A stretch of 63,998 nt of DNA, counting the filler, from Porpidia crustulata (taxonomy: Eukaryota): assembly GCA_964255105.1 (NCBI GenBank). It is 12 parts of 12 records of this genome, joined end to end, with 100 filler letters (N's around TTAATTAATTAA, not from the genome) between each part and the next. Parts side by side here need not be neighbours in the genome. Positions count along the whole stretch, not along the records: positions 1 to 5,289 come from CAXUWE010001859.1; positions 5,390 to 10,676 come from CAXUWE010001860.1; positions 10,777 to 16,055 come from CAXUWE010001861.1; 9 more parts are not named here. One strand, given 5' to 3'. The stretch's first letter is position 1; each line of letters starts with the position of its first letter. The position numbers were made by a program, and so were the translations under genes. Positions 1-12,818 of this stretch are shown here, in pieces. The notes beneath the pieces are model-generated. The model saw nothing but the letters and a program-made list of their open reading frames with translations, was not told the origin of the DNA and did not search any database.

Positions 1-194
1 GCCGAGGGGGGGATGTGGTAGGACGTACACAAAACGCGTGGTCCTGCGTGTGCATGTTAATCGTTGTCTCCCTTGGGAGGGGTAAGAGTGGGTCTTGAGG
101 ACAATCTGGCAAGGTGTTCTAGGCAGATAATAATCGGCAAGTATATTCTGGCAAATAAGTTGATGGGAGCATGAGCTTGCTGACGGACTTACCC

Positions 195-303
195 CTCAGT
201 CGAATACACCCCCCAACCGAACATCATACCTAGGGCTAGGGCTCCATGGATTTTGGCCCTAGCCCTAGGTGCAGTGTTCGATTGGGGGGTGTATTCGACT
301 GAG
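195..303. mobile_element. MITE-like fold-back element (about 48-bp imperfect inverted arms)
   Basis: Left arm ctcagtcgaatacaccccccaaccgaacatcatacctagggctagggc is nearly the reverse complement of right arm gccctagccctaggtgcagtgttcgattggggggtgtattcgactgag, with a 13-nt loop. Arms resemble the terminus at 48344-48397. Confidence 0.7.
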
Positions 304-1512
304 TGTCTTCTCTGCGATGTGACCAGTGCCACTACAACCATTTCTACCATTCAAGCTCTTCTCCAGTAATCCAGTCAAGTTCAATTTCAATGGCAATATC
401 CTACACCTGAAGAGACCCGACCCTAGTCCGCCAGGTCGCTCCGCAGCTATATTACAGGGCGTCGCGCACGCAACCCAAAAACCCGCACCCGATTCTACAA
501 GATATATCAAATCGAATACGCTCTGGCTGATTAGATCCAAGCACTCCGGAGCGTCGTGTAAGAACGAGGATGGGCTACCACACTAGCATGAGAATCCTAC
601 ACAAGCGCACCAAAGCGTATACAAAATCTTCCCGCGCGACCTCGCTTTCAGCATAGAGTGCACTTAGCAGAGGACCGATGGACTTTTCTTAACTCTATGT
701 TATGGTCTCATGAGCCGATGTCATGCACCAATACGCCAACTTCGGTCCTCACTTGTGAATTCCTACTGCATCTAGTAATTTTACTTTATAACGAAGTCAG
801 CAACATTCGAGGGTGAGCCGGAAGCTTTGGGTGGCATATGGACGTCGAGGACGCTCACCCTGGTCTCCCGTCCAAGCTCGCTTTTGCGAGCCCTCATTCG
901 AGGTATGCGGTCCTGGAGTAACTTTCCCAAAGTGACATGTATTCTTCCGTCTCAGAATTGTGGTCTTCTAGTGCACACGAGATCAAATTCCCTCGGAAGA
1001 CGGTGAGGTCTAATCTTCTTCGGAAGCGGCTTCGATTGGACTCTAGTCTCAACAGAAAAGCTGGCACCGGAGATGTCGACTGTCATCGGGTGTTTGCCTA
1101 TGCTTAAACCCTAGATTTGGTTGATTCGGCGAAGCCACCGCGCAGTCGATGTGAACTGTAGCTAGTGTATCGGTTTGAGATTATCATACTACTCTACGCG
1201 ACAAACGATCAAAATCTCTAGAGAAAAGCAGACATCAGGGCAAGAGCAGGCATTTAGGTGCTTCGAAAATCGATGTAATTGCTAATACAACGCTACACCT
1301 TCTCGTCCTATTGAGACTGTTAATTTCAATGTTCAGATTCTGGCAACGCGTGCCGTGTGAGCCGACACGCCGCGACTTGTCAGTCAGACCAGGTGTGTAA
1401 TTATCGCAGATGACACTGTGAACGGGCTTCCGACCACCGTCGAGCTTCAAGAATTTGCTTTTAAAAGGTCTCAACAACTCCTTTCGGGCTACGAAATGGA
1501 GAATCAAGTCGT

Positions 1513-2711
1513 CTACAGCTTTTCCTCTACCATGATTTGGAAGACCTCCTCCAGGGCCTCCCGGTGGTCCTTAATCTGATAGCCATACTCCCCCAGCTGC
1601 TTCTGCAGCTTGGTCGCATCCATGACGCAATTGGCGCGTGGAGCCTTCAGGGTGTCGAACATGTCCATAAGCCCGAAAGTCTGCCACTTCAGGTCAGGTC
1701 GGATGTATTTCTTGGCCAATTCCATAATCTCGACGTTGCTGATCTGGCCGGGTGTCACCTGTTCGGCTTGTCAGCCACACCCCTGAGAACATGGAATTTA
1801 GGGTCAAGTGAAGTGAATGAATAGCTTTAGGCGCATCTGTCGACTTACAAAGTTGTAGATACCCTTCTCGCCATTCTCAGATAAGATGAGGGCACCGGGC
1901 AGCAAATTGGGCAGGACTGTGCCAGACTATGTTTATGTCAGTCTTGCCCAGACAATTGGGTCCTGAGACAACAAAATCGGAGGTAAACCCACCCCCGTCA
2001 AGTCCACAATCTTTTCATACTTCAACAGCCTCCCGATATGGCTATTCTTGTGCAAGTCCGCCGAGATAGGTAGCCGGATGCGTAGCAGCAGCAGGTTGGG
2101 GTAGTGGCGGATGGACAACTCGCTGAGCAAGCGGCTGCGGTTGTACCACGAGCCCTGAAAGAAGGGCTCATCAGTCTCCTTGAAGGGCGGGTGGTACTTG
2201 ATTTCTTCTTCCGACAGTGAGTAGATGCAGGCAGACCCGATGTGCGTGACGTGGATGCCCAGCTGGTAGCAAACGTCGACCACGTTGAGCGCGCCCAGGA
2301 CATTGGACCGCATCGTCTCAACCTTGTGGTCCTCACACCAGTCAGCGTTGGGCGTGCCGCGCGTGCCCGCGGCGTTTATGACCCGAGTCGGCTTGTGCTT
2401 GATGAGTTCACTAGGTGGAGATTAGTGGGGGGCGATAGGCGCTTAGGAGTGTGCCTGTGGCTCAGCCCACTGGGTGCTGTTGCGCGGCACCGCCAGACTT
2501 TGCTAACTAGCATACCTTATCACCTGTTCACGGCTTTCTATCCTCGCTTTGGACATGATGACATTCTTGCCTTGTGCCAGAAGTATATCCTTCATCTGAT
2601 TGGCAATCCAGCCATTACCTGGGTTGTCGCGTTAGTCGCGATCATTACGATGTCTCCAATAAGCCTACCGAACATCAAGAAGATCTGAGAATGGGGCATG
2701 ATTGATCCCAT
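1513..2711 (-). CDS. UDP-4-keto-6-deoxyglucose 3,5-epimerase/4-reductase (UER1/NRS-ER-like; UDP-rhamnose synthesis), spliced
   Basis: Spliced reading MGSIMPHSQIFLMFG/NGWIA..., KPTRVINAAGTRGTPNADWCEDHKVETMRSNV, GSACIY, PFFQGSWY, LRIRLPIS, PRANCVMDATKL. GT-AG introns separate the ORF pieces. Confidence 0.88.
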
Positions 2712-3455
2712 GATGTCGTTTGGAAAGATGCGGACTCGCACAGTTTGGAAATGGCCGCGGCCGTTTTTGATCAAGGAAGACTGGCCGTCTTGTTTCAATC
2801 CGACACAACGTTTTATCTCGACGCAGTGATGCCTGCATGATAGAATAAGCCGGGGACTTTACCACACTCGCCATTTCGAAGCAAAGAGTCAATCACAAAT
2901 CCGCCGCTGGGGTGCGGTGGACTGAGTGTCGCTTTTTCGCACCGTCATAGTGACTCGGGGTTATCGATCTAGGAGGTTGATGACTCCGGATTGGCGAGTT
3001 CTACGTTTCATCGCCCTCACCGCCAGCTTGACGACAGATATGACCGTGGTCAAAGCTGAGAAATGACAGGCTTACACGAATGCTCGAAAATTGACAGTCC
3101 AACCGAGGCATCTGGATTCTACTCCTTACTCACCTCAGGCTTCCGGAGTAATCCAGAGTCAGCGATATGAGGCCTTTCTGAACAGGATTTGCTGACAAAT
3201 TAGAGACAACCTCGATATGTAGACATGATGATGTTGATGGCTTCGTGGCGTCTGACGAAGCCGTTATCGCCAGCCTCTCAAGGTAGTCGTGAGAAGGTAT
3301 TAGGATTGAGTGAAAATTCTGAACCCAAAGGTGTTAAAGATACAAAGCGCGCAGTGTACAAGATATCGTCGGATGCAAGTGAGTGATGAATTGTCCCAAC
3401 ACGTTTCTCATCATCCAATCTTTGTTCTCCTAATTCCAGAGTATGACAGGAAACG

Positions 3456-4846
3456 ATGGCCCGTCCTATTTTGATCACACCTCCTGACAGCTCAACATCG
3501 AAGGCTCAATCTGTGCGTCATCGCGATGTCGTTACTGAACGCCCGAGTGATCATGAAAGTCTACGTCTCATTGGGACAACCAGATTCGAGCCCCTCGGTG
3601 ATATCAAAACCATTTTGATCACCGGGGGAGCAGGCTTCATGTTAGTATATGTCCTGGCTGCCTTCACTATCCATCACAGGTAGCTAACATGAATTTCATC
3701 ACCAGCTGCAGCTGGGTAACCCGACATCTGACAGTCCGATACCCCGAGTGTAAAATTATCTGTTTCGACAAGCTCGACGTAGTCTCTTCTTTCGCCAACA
3801 TTCAATGCCTGGAAGCCTTCCCTAACTTTCACTTCGTACAGAGTAACTTGATGAATCAGGACGCCCTGTCGAATGTGTTCGCCGAGCATGATATTGACTG
3901 TGTCATGCACTTCGCAGCTTGCTCGCACGTGCAGAACTCATTCGAGGATCCCTCAAGTTTCACGTACAATAACGTTATGGCCACGCAGCGGCTGCTCGAC
4001 GTTGTGCGGCACCACGGTAAAATCCGGCGCTTTATCCACGTCAGTACCGATGAGGTTTATGGCGACGCAACGGGCGAGTTCGTCGACGAGACCCAGCAAT
4101 TCATGCCCACGAACCCATACTCGGCTTCCAAGGCGGCCGCCGAAATGTACGTCTGGGCTTATGCCAAGTCATTCGATATCCCAGCCTTGGTGGTACGGAG
4201 CAACAACGTATACGGGCCATGTCAGTACCCTGAAAGTAAAATCACCGACTCCTTTTTGCCTGCGCAGTATTCAGCGTAGTAATACGTTCTAACTGTCTCT
4301 TCCCCTGCAGAAATTATCCCCCGCTTCTACACCCTCCTATCCAATCAGCAGCCACTCACGATCCAGGGCTCTGGCCTCAACGTGCGGCGTTACCTTTACG
4401 GCGCGGACGCAGCCGATGGCTTCGACACGCTCCTACACAAAGGTGTCGTGGGTGAAGCGTATAACCTGAATTCCTCCTTCGCCGTGACAAACCTCGAGGT
4501 CGCGGTGCGCATGCTCGAGTTGTTCGGCTACAGCCCCCAAAATGACTTCCACCAGCGCCTCATGTGGATTGCCGACCGCCCCTTTAACGACCACGATTAC
4601 CGGGTCAATGGCTCCAAGCTCGAGGCGCTGGGGTGGCGCCAGCGCGTCCCCTTTGCGGAGGGTTTGAGCGCCACCGTAAGCTGGTACCAAGGGAACATGC
4701 ATGCGTGGTGGCCGGACGTGGCAAAGACGATCAGTACCACTTCGACAGCGACGACATTCGGCGATATGTCACGCGGTCATGTGGATCATAGCAAGACGTT
4801 TGACAAGACGTCCGACTCCAGCAGTCCTGTGATGGTGGGACAATGA
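3456..4846 (+). CDS. UDP/dTDP-glucose 4,6-dehydratase (RmlB-like extended SDR), 2 introns
   Basis: ILITGGAGF, DCVMHFAA, FIHVSTDEVYG, PTNPYSASK, RSNNVYGP..YPE, RRYLY, DRPFND motifs across ORFs 3456-3683, 3689-4279 and 4382-4846. Confidence 0.93.
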
Positions 4847-5289
4847 GTTTTCCTGCTTTTTTTGATGTTGATTTTTAGATTATGCATTAGATTCTTGGCA
4901 TTAAGGAAGGAGTAGCCGTTCTAGATTGGATAGACCGCGTCATGGATGAAGCAGACGATATTTACTACACCCGCACTCGAAGTCGAGATTTTGATGTTCC
5001 ACGCTGACGCTTTTGTATTCGCAATCGCGGGAAAGCTCAGAAGTCCTATCATCGCGGGATGCGGTTGCTATGCACGAATTGGAAAGATAAAAGTCATCCC
5101 GATCAGCGGATCCCTTTTCATGCCTCCCTCTACACTACTGTGATAATCACCACCCGGGAACAGCCTCATCGCGGTTCCTCTTGAAAACAAGCCCCCGTGT
5201 GGTTTTCCCTCCTTTCAACGAAGAAATCCAATTTTTCCCTTTCTTTCCCTCATCCATTTATCCAAAAAAAAAAACCAATAAAATAACAA

Positions 5290-5389
5290 NNNNNNNNNNN
5301 NNNNNNNNNNNNNNNNNNNNNNNNNNNNNNNNNTTAATTAATTAANNNNNNNNNNNNNNNNNNNNNNNNNNNNNNNNNNNNNNNNNNNN
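5290..5389. other. Artificial contig-joining linker; repeated at 10677, 16056, 21430, 26797, 32162, 37524, 42885, 48244, 53598 and 58950
   Basis: Identical 100-nt N44-TTAATTAATTAA-N44 with stop codons in all six frames. Intervening contig lengths fall monotonically from 5287 to 5252 nt. Confidence 0.98.
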
Positions 5390-5433
5390 TAGTGGGAGGG
5401 GGGTGTACGTGTAAACAAAGGGGGTGTACCGTT
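5390..5433. mobile_element. Probable DNA-transposon terminal inverted repeat end
   Basis: gggggtgtac occurs twice and the segment ends ccgt-TA at the contig edge. Its reverse complement resembles 10635-10676. Confidence 0.4.
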
Positions 5434-5649
5434 ATACTTTCCCATAATTAATTGATTAAACTCGTTCAAGTGTCCGAACATTAAAGACTAGCCTGAGTTC
5501 TGCATGAGTTCAGATTTGGTCCCATTTTTTATTTGCTGGACGTCTTCCCAAGTCAGTGTCATACGATATGTATCGTTCAAATATACAAATATGTCTAGAA
5601 GGTTCTTCGAAATCTACCGTGGACGATCAGACGCATTATACTGATATCC

Positions 5650-8600
5650 TACAAAGAACAAGTGCCTGACACGTTGGTTGCTTTTTTGGATAGCTCGCCT
5701 CGTTCACGAGTTGAGGCACAGCCTTCGGAACCGCACAAAAAACGTCGAAGGTTGAGTCCCAACGGGAACGATTACTTGACACTGGCTCTTGTTATCATAG
5801 ATCTGGTTTGCCTCAGATTCCGATGATCCATATAACCTAACAATCTCTCAGAAGTTTACTAATACGCCTAATGTGACACCCTCGACACCAATCCTGTTGA
5901 ACGAAGATGTAGGAGAGCTTCCTGTGCTCCTAGGCCCCTCCAGAAAACATACTAGCTGTGCGTTGCTGATAAGTGCTACCACACCGGCTGGCATTACTAT
6001 CATCAATTTAAATATACCGTCAACGGTCTCATTGCAGACCTTAGATATTCTAGAAACGTGTGTGATCTACATCTCATATATATCCGGTTTCTGCTATATC
6101 GGAGCGCTGATTAAAGTAAAGAGCTATCAACGCTTCTGACACTCGCAAGAAGAATGGTGTCAAAAATCAGTGCTTCATCGCCAAGATTCCGAACATCTCA
6201 TCTGAGCTTTGTTCCACATATTTCAGACTTACTGTCAGAGTAGTGTTACCAAATGCGAAGCAATTATGGCCGATCGGTCCTAGGCTTCTTCCCAGTATCT
6301 ATGGGTCGCAAGACACTTCTGAGACCTGGTCACCGCGTGAATTCTATCAATCTGTGTATGTACCATTGAGAAACCACTTAAATTCGATACTCCCACAAAG
6401 CGACCAGCTCAAATGTCAACTCTACCCTTTCCAGCGAAGAGCTGTTCAATGGCTGCTTCAGCGGGAAGGCGTAGGCCTTCCCGACAAGCAGATAATTACC
6501 CATGATTCGAATCAGGCCGTTGGCAGACTGCCTTATGACTTTGTAGAGATTTCGGACAATGGCCGAGAAAGCTGGTTTAGTCCTTTGATGGGAATAATGA
6601 CTACGGATAAGAGGCTTCTTCATGATACGGGATTGGATATCAGAGGAGGCATTTTGGCTGAAGAGATGGGCCTGGGAAAGACGGTCGAAATTGTAGCACT
6701 GATTTGTCTCCACCGAATGACAAGAGCTCGTAGCATTCAGGAAACACAACCAACATCACTACAGCTCTGCGGCGCCACTTTGATTGTTACACCGTCATCG
6801 ATTATACAACAATGGAAGAGTGAAATCCAGACTTTAGCGCCTCATCTCCGAGTCACGACATATGAAGGCCTGAAGGTGGAGGCCGCGGGGAGTGATAACG
6901 GGCAGCTTCTGGCACATTTCTCCAGACAAGATGTTATCCTAACAACCTATAATGTTCTAGCACGTGAAGTCCATCATTCTGGACATTTGCCTGATCGCGA
7001 TCTTCGACACAGCAAGAAATTTGAACGAAGGCTCTCACCCCTAATTCAACTTAATTGGTGGCGGGTTGTTTTAGATGAAGCCCAGATGATGGAGAGTGGA
7101 GTTAGTAATGCTGCGACTGTTGCTCAGCTGATCCCACGGCAAAATGCGTGGGCCGTCTCTGGAACCCCTTTAAGAAAAGATGCGACAGACCTCCTAGGCC
7201 TACTCATATTTTTACGTTGTTGGCCGTACTGTCAGTCACCAATCCTGTGGGACCGCATAATTAAATACCATAAAGATATTTTTAGAGACATATTTGGGAC
7301 TCTTGCCTTGCGCCATACAAAGGAATTTGTAAGAGACGACATGGATTTGCCGGTTCAGAAACGCATCTTAATCACAATCCCCTTCACGCAAATCGAAGAT
7401 CAGCATTATTCCACGCTTTTCCAAGAGATGTGCGATGATTGTGGCTTTGATATTAACGGACGCCCAATGGAGGAAGCCTCGGACATGAATTCCACCAAAA
7501 ATATTGAGAAGATGCGGACCTGGCTAGCAAGGCTACGTCAGACAGTACTGCATCCTTCGGTTGGTGTTCGTAACCGGAGGGCACTTGGACTAGGGAAAGG
7601 TCCTCTGCGAACAGTCAGAGAAGTACTTAAATTAATGCGGGAGCAAAATGAGACAGCCTGTAGGGGAGAGGAACGAGCACTGCTTATGTCTCAAGCTCGG
7701 CGAGGTCAGCTTCTTGAGCATGCACAACGGAGTGGAGAAGCCTTAGAAATTTGGTTGCAGACGCTCAAAGAGTCAGCGGTGATTGTGAAGGATTGCAGAC
7801 TCCGATTCAATTCAGATTGGGACAACCTCAAGACTCCTAGCCACATAGCCGAGTCGGCTAGGGTGTGTAGCCAGGAAGCTGCTGGAGCTGCTCGAAGCAG
7901 CGTCCTTAGGCAAAGATTGCGTGGAGCGCTCGAGGTTGAGCACATGTGCACATTTTTTGCCGCTAATGCATATTATCAAATTAAGACCGGTGAGGCTCTC
8001 ACCAATCCAAACTCTGAATCGATCAAGGCGCTACAAGCATTAGAGGAGAACAGTTACGATCAGGCGCAGCGAATCAGAAAGGAATTGCTAGTTGAGATCC
8101 GGACTAAAGCCTTATCATCAATGGAGGTCATAAATGGAAAGGCGCAAAATCATTCATTCGTTGAGATTCCAAGACTGGTATCTTTGGGTGAATACGCTGG
8201 GATCGAGTCTCGAAACATAATCGCCAGGTTCGACAATCTACTGACTATCGCCGAGCGCCAAGCCGGTCAAATTGATGAGTGGAGAGAAACGACGATCAAG
8301 CTCTTACTAATACCTTTGGTTGACGATGAGAAAAATGAGTTACAAGGAGACGAATACGAGACCTCAACGAGGAATCAAGATGAGGTGTACGTATATGTGG
8401 ACGCCCTTCGTGCAATACTAGCAGATCGTCACAGCGTCTTGGCTGGCCTCGTCAACACTCGAGTCGAGCACGAGATCAAGTATGCTCTCGACCAGGCGGA
8501 CAAAGGAACAGGGCATTCTCCCGGGCTCCTAAAGAAGCTTCTCTCCATTCGACACGCCCTAAAGCCATCTCCAGACCTAGGGTCCGTGAGAGGTGGTATC

Positions 8601-10124
8601 ACACAATTACGTGAGCTGAAAAGTACTCTTCGTGCGCAAATGCCAGAAGCGAGTGGCCGAGTGAGCTCAGAGCTTACGATAGTAGATGTCTTGCTTCACA
8701 AAGCGCATAATATCGCAAAAGAACAGAGGAAAGCTCTCGATCTTCTCGACCGGGAGCTCGAGTTGTTCAAAGACACAATGAACTTACGGCTAGATTACTA
8801 TCGGCAGTTGCAGCAAATATCGGATACAGTGGCTCCGTACGAGGAAGATCTAGATGAACGATCTTTGTATACATTGATGGCGGGCATGAAAGACACCGAA
8901 AGGCAAATGCACGCTCGGATTGCTACCTACAAGTCTAAAGCACGCTATCTCAGTCACCTGCGAGATGAGGCGTCCAACATGGATGCACAGCGACTTTGTA
9001 CGATATGTCAGCAGTTCTTTGAGATGGGGGTCCTGACTTCCTGCGGTCATACCTATTGTTTAGAATGTCTACAGCTTTGGTGGAAGAGTTGCACAACGAA
9101 GAATTGTCCTACTTGTAAAAAGTATCTGTCGAGGGATGACATTAATCACATAACGTAAATTTGCAGCACTACTGAGCTTGTTCAAATGAACTATACTTAT
9201 GCCTCACAGTTACAAATCGCAGGATTTCGCCATGCAAGAAGAAACGCAGGCAAAAGAGAAACGAAGGGACGATGAACACAAAAATGAAGCCGCAACAATA
9301 TTCTCAACAATTCAAGACACAATGCTGAACCAGATAAAGAATTATGACGTCGATGGGTCATTTGGCACGAAAGTCGACACCCTGGCTCGTCATATATTAT
9401 GGATCCGAGAGAATGATCCAGGGGCAAAATCAGTGGTCTTTTCTCAATTTAGGGACTTTCTAAATATTTTAACAACAGCTTTTACTCAGTTTAAGATTGG
9501 GTTTACAAGTATTGATATCAAGGATGGGATCCAAAAGTTCAAGAGTGATCCTAATGTACACGAAACTGCCACTTGCTACAATCTGTTGCACAATTGCTGA
9601 CAAAAGTATAGGTGGAATGCTTCTTTCTGCACGCCAAAGCACACTCCTCGGGCTTGAATCTCGTGAGTGCCACCCACGTGTTCTTGTGTGAACCTCTTAT
9701 CAATACCGCAATTGAGCTTCAAGCCATCTCTAGGGTCCACCGGATTGGCCAGCAGGTATCGACAACAGTGTGGATGTATATAGTGGCAAATACTGTGGAA
9801 AAAGCAATATATGACATATCTGTGGCTCGAAGGATGTCACATATAAGCCATGTAAAGGGGCCCAACATGTCAGAGAGTAACATCGAAATTGCGAATTCTC
9901 TCGAAATTCAAGAAGCTTCTCTTTCTAAGCTATTGAGTAAAGGTACTAGCGGCGGCGAACAGGTCCATAAAGATCTTTTGTGGCAGTGTCTCTTCGGCCA
10001 ACCGGTGCAGCCACGTAGTAATGCTTCAAGAATCATAGAGCCAGAGGTCAATCGGCATCTTCACGCCTCAGCAGCTGATAGTAGGTTGGGCCAGTCCGGG
10101 GATTCGACGGTAGCACGTAGGTAA
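5650..10124 (+). CDS. IRC20: SNF2-family helicase with RING finger (IRC20/SHPRH-like); 5' end approximate
   Basis: LYPFQRRAVQW, GGILAEEMGLGKT, WWRVVLDEAQ, WAVSGTP, RING CTIC..CGH..C..C..CPTC, helicase C-terminus GLNL..ATHVF..QAISRVHRIGQ. Introns near 9154-9210 and 9556-9611. Confidence 0.9.
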
Positions 10125-11047
10125 TGATAAGTGATGAGTGTGACGTCTATGTCTCTAGATCACGGATCTCGAGGTTGGTTTCTGCAAATATGGCAAGGGC
10201 TTGGATTAGTCTCCTTATTTACTGTGTTTTTTCTAACCATGAAGATTGTTGATGGAATTCTAGGTTCGTATGTGAGTGACATGAGAAAGCTGGCCGTGGC
10301 GATATGGCGCATCTGCAAAGGACTGTGCTGAAAGAGAACGAAGTCTTGACTCCTCTGCCCGAAGCAATTATCCCCTCGTAATATAGCCATTCAACTCCAG
10401 ATATCCTTGTCGTTGAGAAATTCGTGAAGCACAAATGACACTCGACAGGTCCTTTGCGACTAAAAACCTAAGTCTTATCTTGATTGCCGCCAGAACTCCA
10501 TTTTGCATATTAAAAATATGTCACTTGAGGTTGAAAATATTCTTGGATTAATTGCAATTACGATAAATTTTGTATCGTCCTTTAGTATCATATTTTCTAA
10601 ATTTCAAGTTGAAAATTGAACATGTTTATCCTTTTAAGGATACCCCCCCCCTTTGCTTCTTTGTACAACTCCCCTTNNNNNNNNNNNNNNNNNNNNNNNN
10701 NNNNNNNNNNNNNNNNNNNNTTAATTAATTAANNNNNNNNNNNNNNNNNNNNNNNNNNNNNNNNNNNNNNNNNNNNATTTTATGCAGGACAGAAGGAACC
10801 CTATCCGCCTGGATGCGGCTGACCCTCGCTTTGTCTCGCGCTTTCGCTCGCGGCTGAGTCTGTCCACCTCTGATTGCTGATAATCTAAGCAATCTTGACC
10901 TGTGTGACCCGACACTCGCTGTTATATGTGACTTGGTCATCCTGTCGAAATGCACCACATTCTACCTTCAGCGTCTCTCTTGTTCAGGTGCCGAAAAAAT
11001 CCAGATCTATCTTGCCTCTGCAAGGGGCCATCGTGAAGAGCCCAGAT

Positions 11048-12818
11048 ATGTCGCTCTTACAGCCGGCTAGTCTTGACCTACATTTTGAGACTCCACCACA
11101 CCCTCGCTCTCCTAGGTCACAACTAGAAGAGCAATTCAAGAAAGCACGGATCACGTTCGATAAGACGATTGATGGACACTATCGTCACGGAAAGACGGGA
11201 TACAAAAGGGTGGGCGCCCTCTTCCTGACATGGGAAAAGGATGATCTGCAGTGCAAGAGAACAGAAGTATCTCTGTCCACTGGGTTGCCTGGATGACGAG
11301 AGGCTGACCATTCCAGGTTGATGAATTGCGCGAGCTGTTCGATAAGGACTTCAACTTCGAGACCGACTACTTTGAAATACCGGCTGAGCGATGGCAGACC
11401 AGCCTTCATCGGAAAATCTCGGATTTCATCTATCATTACGACAGTCGGGACTGTCTAGCAATCATCTATTACGGTGGCCATGGATATATAGGCGAGGAGA
11501 CAAAGTCGCTCAAGCTTTCAGCGTAAGTACCTCCACACTTACTAACAGCTTCAAAAACCTTGGGAGTTCCAGTCCACCTTCCCTCCCCTTTCCACTGACA
11601 GTACTCTACGTTTTGGTTTCGTACTAAGATTAAATCCGTGACAATTGCAGGAAATTCGAGCACGACGGAAAGAACCCAAATGGAGATGAGACCTTGTTTT
11701 TCAACGATATAACTACATGCCTTCGACTGCCGTCCTGCGATCAGATCATAATCGTCGATTGCTGTTTTGCTGCGACCGCCTTCGCCCGTGAACCCATTGG
11801 TAAACAAAAATTTGAACTCTTGGCAGCAGCTGGGCCACACAACAAGGTCCCGGCACCTGGGCAGCCAGGTTCTTTCACACACGCTCTACAAATTGTGCTA
11901 AGGAAGCTTCTACATACCAACCCAACAGGTTTTTGTACTTCTGCACTGTATCGCGAGCTTTTCTACTCTATACCGCAAGACATAAAAACAAAGCCCATGC
12001 TGTTTGACCAATCCCGTCATAGCTATGGCAAGATCTGGCTCCGTCCTCAAGAACAAATCTCCGGAAAGGCGCCTACGATCAAGAAGGAAGGCAGATACTT
12101 GAACCTTACACTTCAACTGAATGAAGAGCCCAACGACGTTGTCATGAACGACCTTGCCTTGACATTGCAATACCTTCCACACGTTGACCAAGTCCGATTT
12201 GTCGACTTGTATGCTCCGAGGCACCAAATTGATAGTTTTATGCGCTCGATCTCGATGGCACAAAAATTACGACCCCTGGTCAGAAAACTGCAGGCCAGAA
12301 GAGATATGCGAAAACTCCAACAAGAGATGGCCCAAAACAAACATGTAGCTCGGCGGTCAGCGAGCTTTCTAGGCCTACTTTTCAAGCCAATCTCGCATCC
12401 AATTTATGATTGGAGTAGTGCGCGTGGGCCAAGAGGACTGTCGCCCGCTCGACCTCGACAAAAGTCTTCCACCTGGCCATCAAGCGAAATGGAGCAGCCT
12501 CTGAAGACTAAGGAATTCTCCAATCGATTCTTCTCGTTGAATTATACATTCACCATACCAAACTACAAGGCTTTGATATTAAGAACTTGCAATTCTTTCA
12601 ACCGCTCAATGGGCTTTCTCTTGCGTTGGACAAAATTTCCCTTACCATTGACCATGACAGGATTTCTTCGACAACAAATAGGAACCAATAAGTCATCGGC
12701 TATGGGTGCATTGAGTATGTGGGAAGAAATATACCTTCAAGAAGACGTATGGCATGCAATCATGTGGATCGTGGTTTGGTATGTGATGGCCTACATCTGC
12801 GTATACAAGAACGACTGA
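11048..12818 (+). CDS. Caspase-like (clan CD/peptidase C14-like) domain protein with C-terminal hydrophobic helix; exons 11048-11266, 11317-11522, 11651-12818
   Basis: YKRVGALFLTWEKDDL, then LAIIYYGGHG and QIIIVDCCFA (His-Gly and Asp-Cys dyad motifs), FELLAAA, GSFTHAL. Introns splice in frame. Confidence 0.8.

Noticed and set aside
10777..11030. Minus-strand peptide GHTGQDCLDYQQ resembling an IBR/RBR zinc-finger end
   Set aside because: There is an in-frame stop just upstream, the required Cys residues are missing and the contig is truncated. At best a relic; not supportable.
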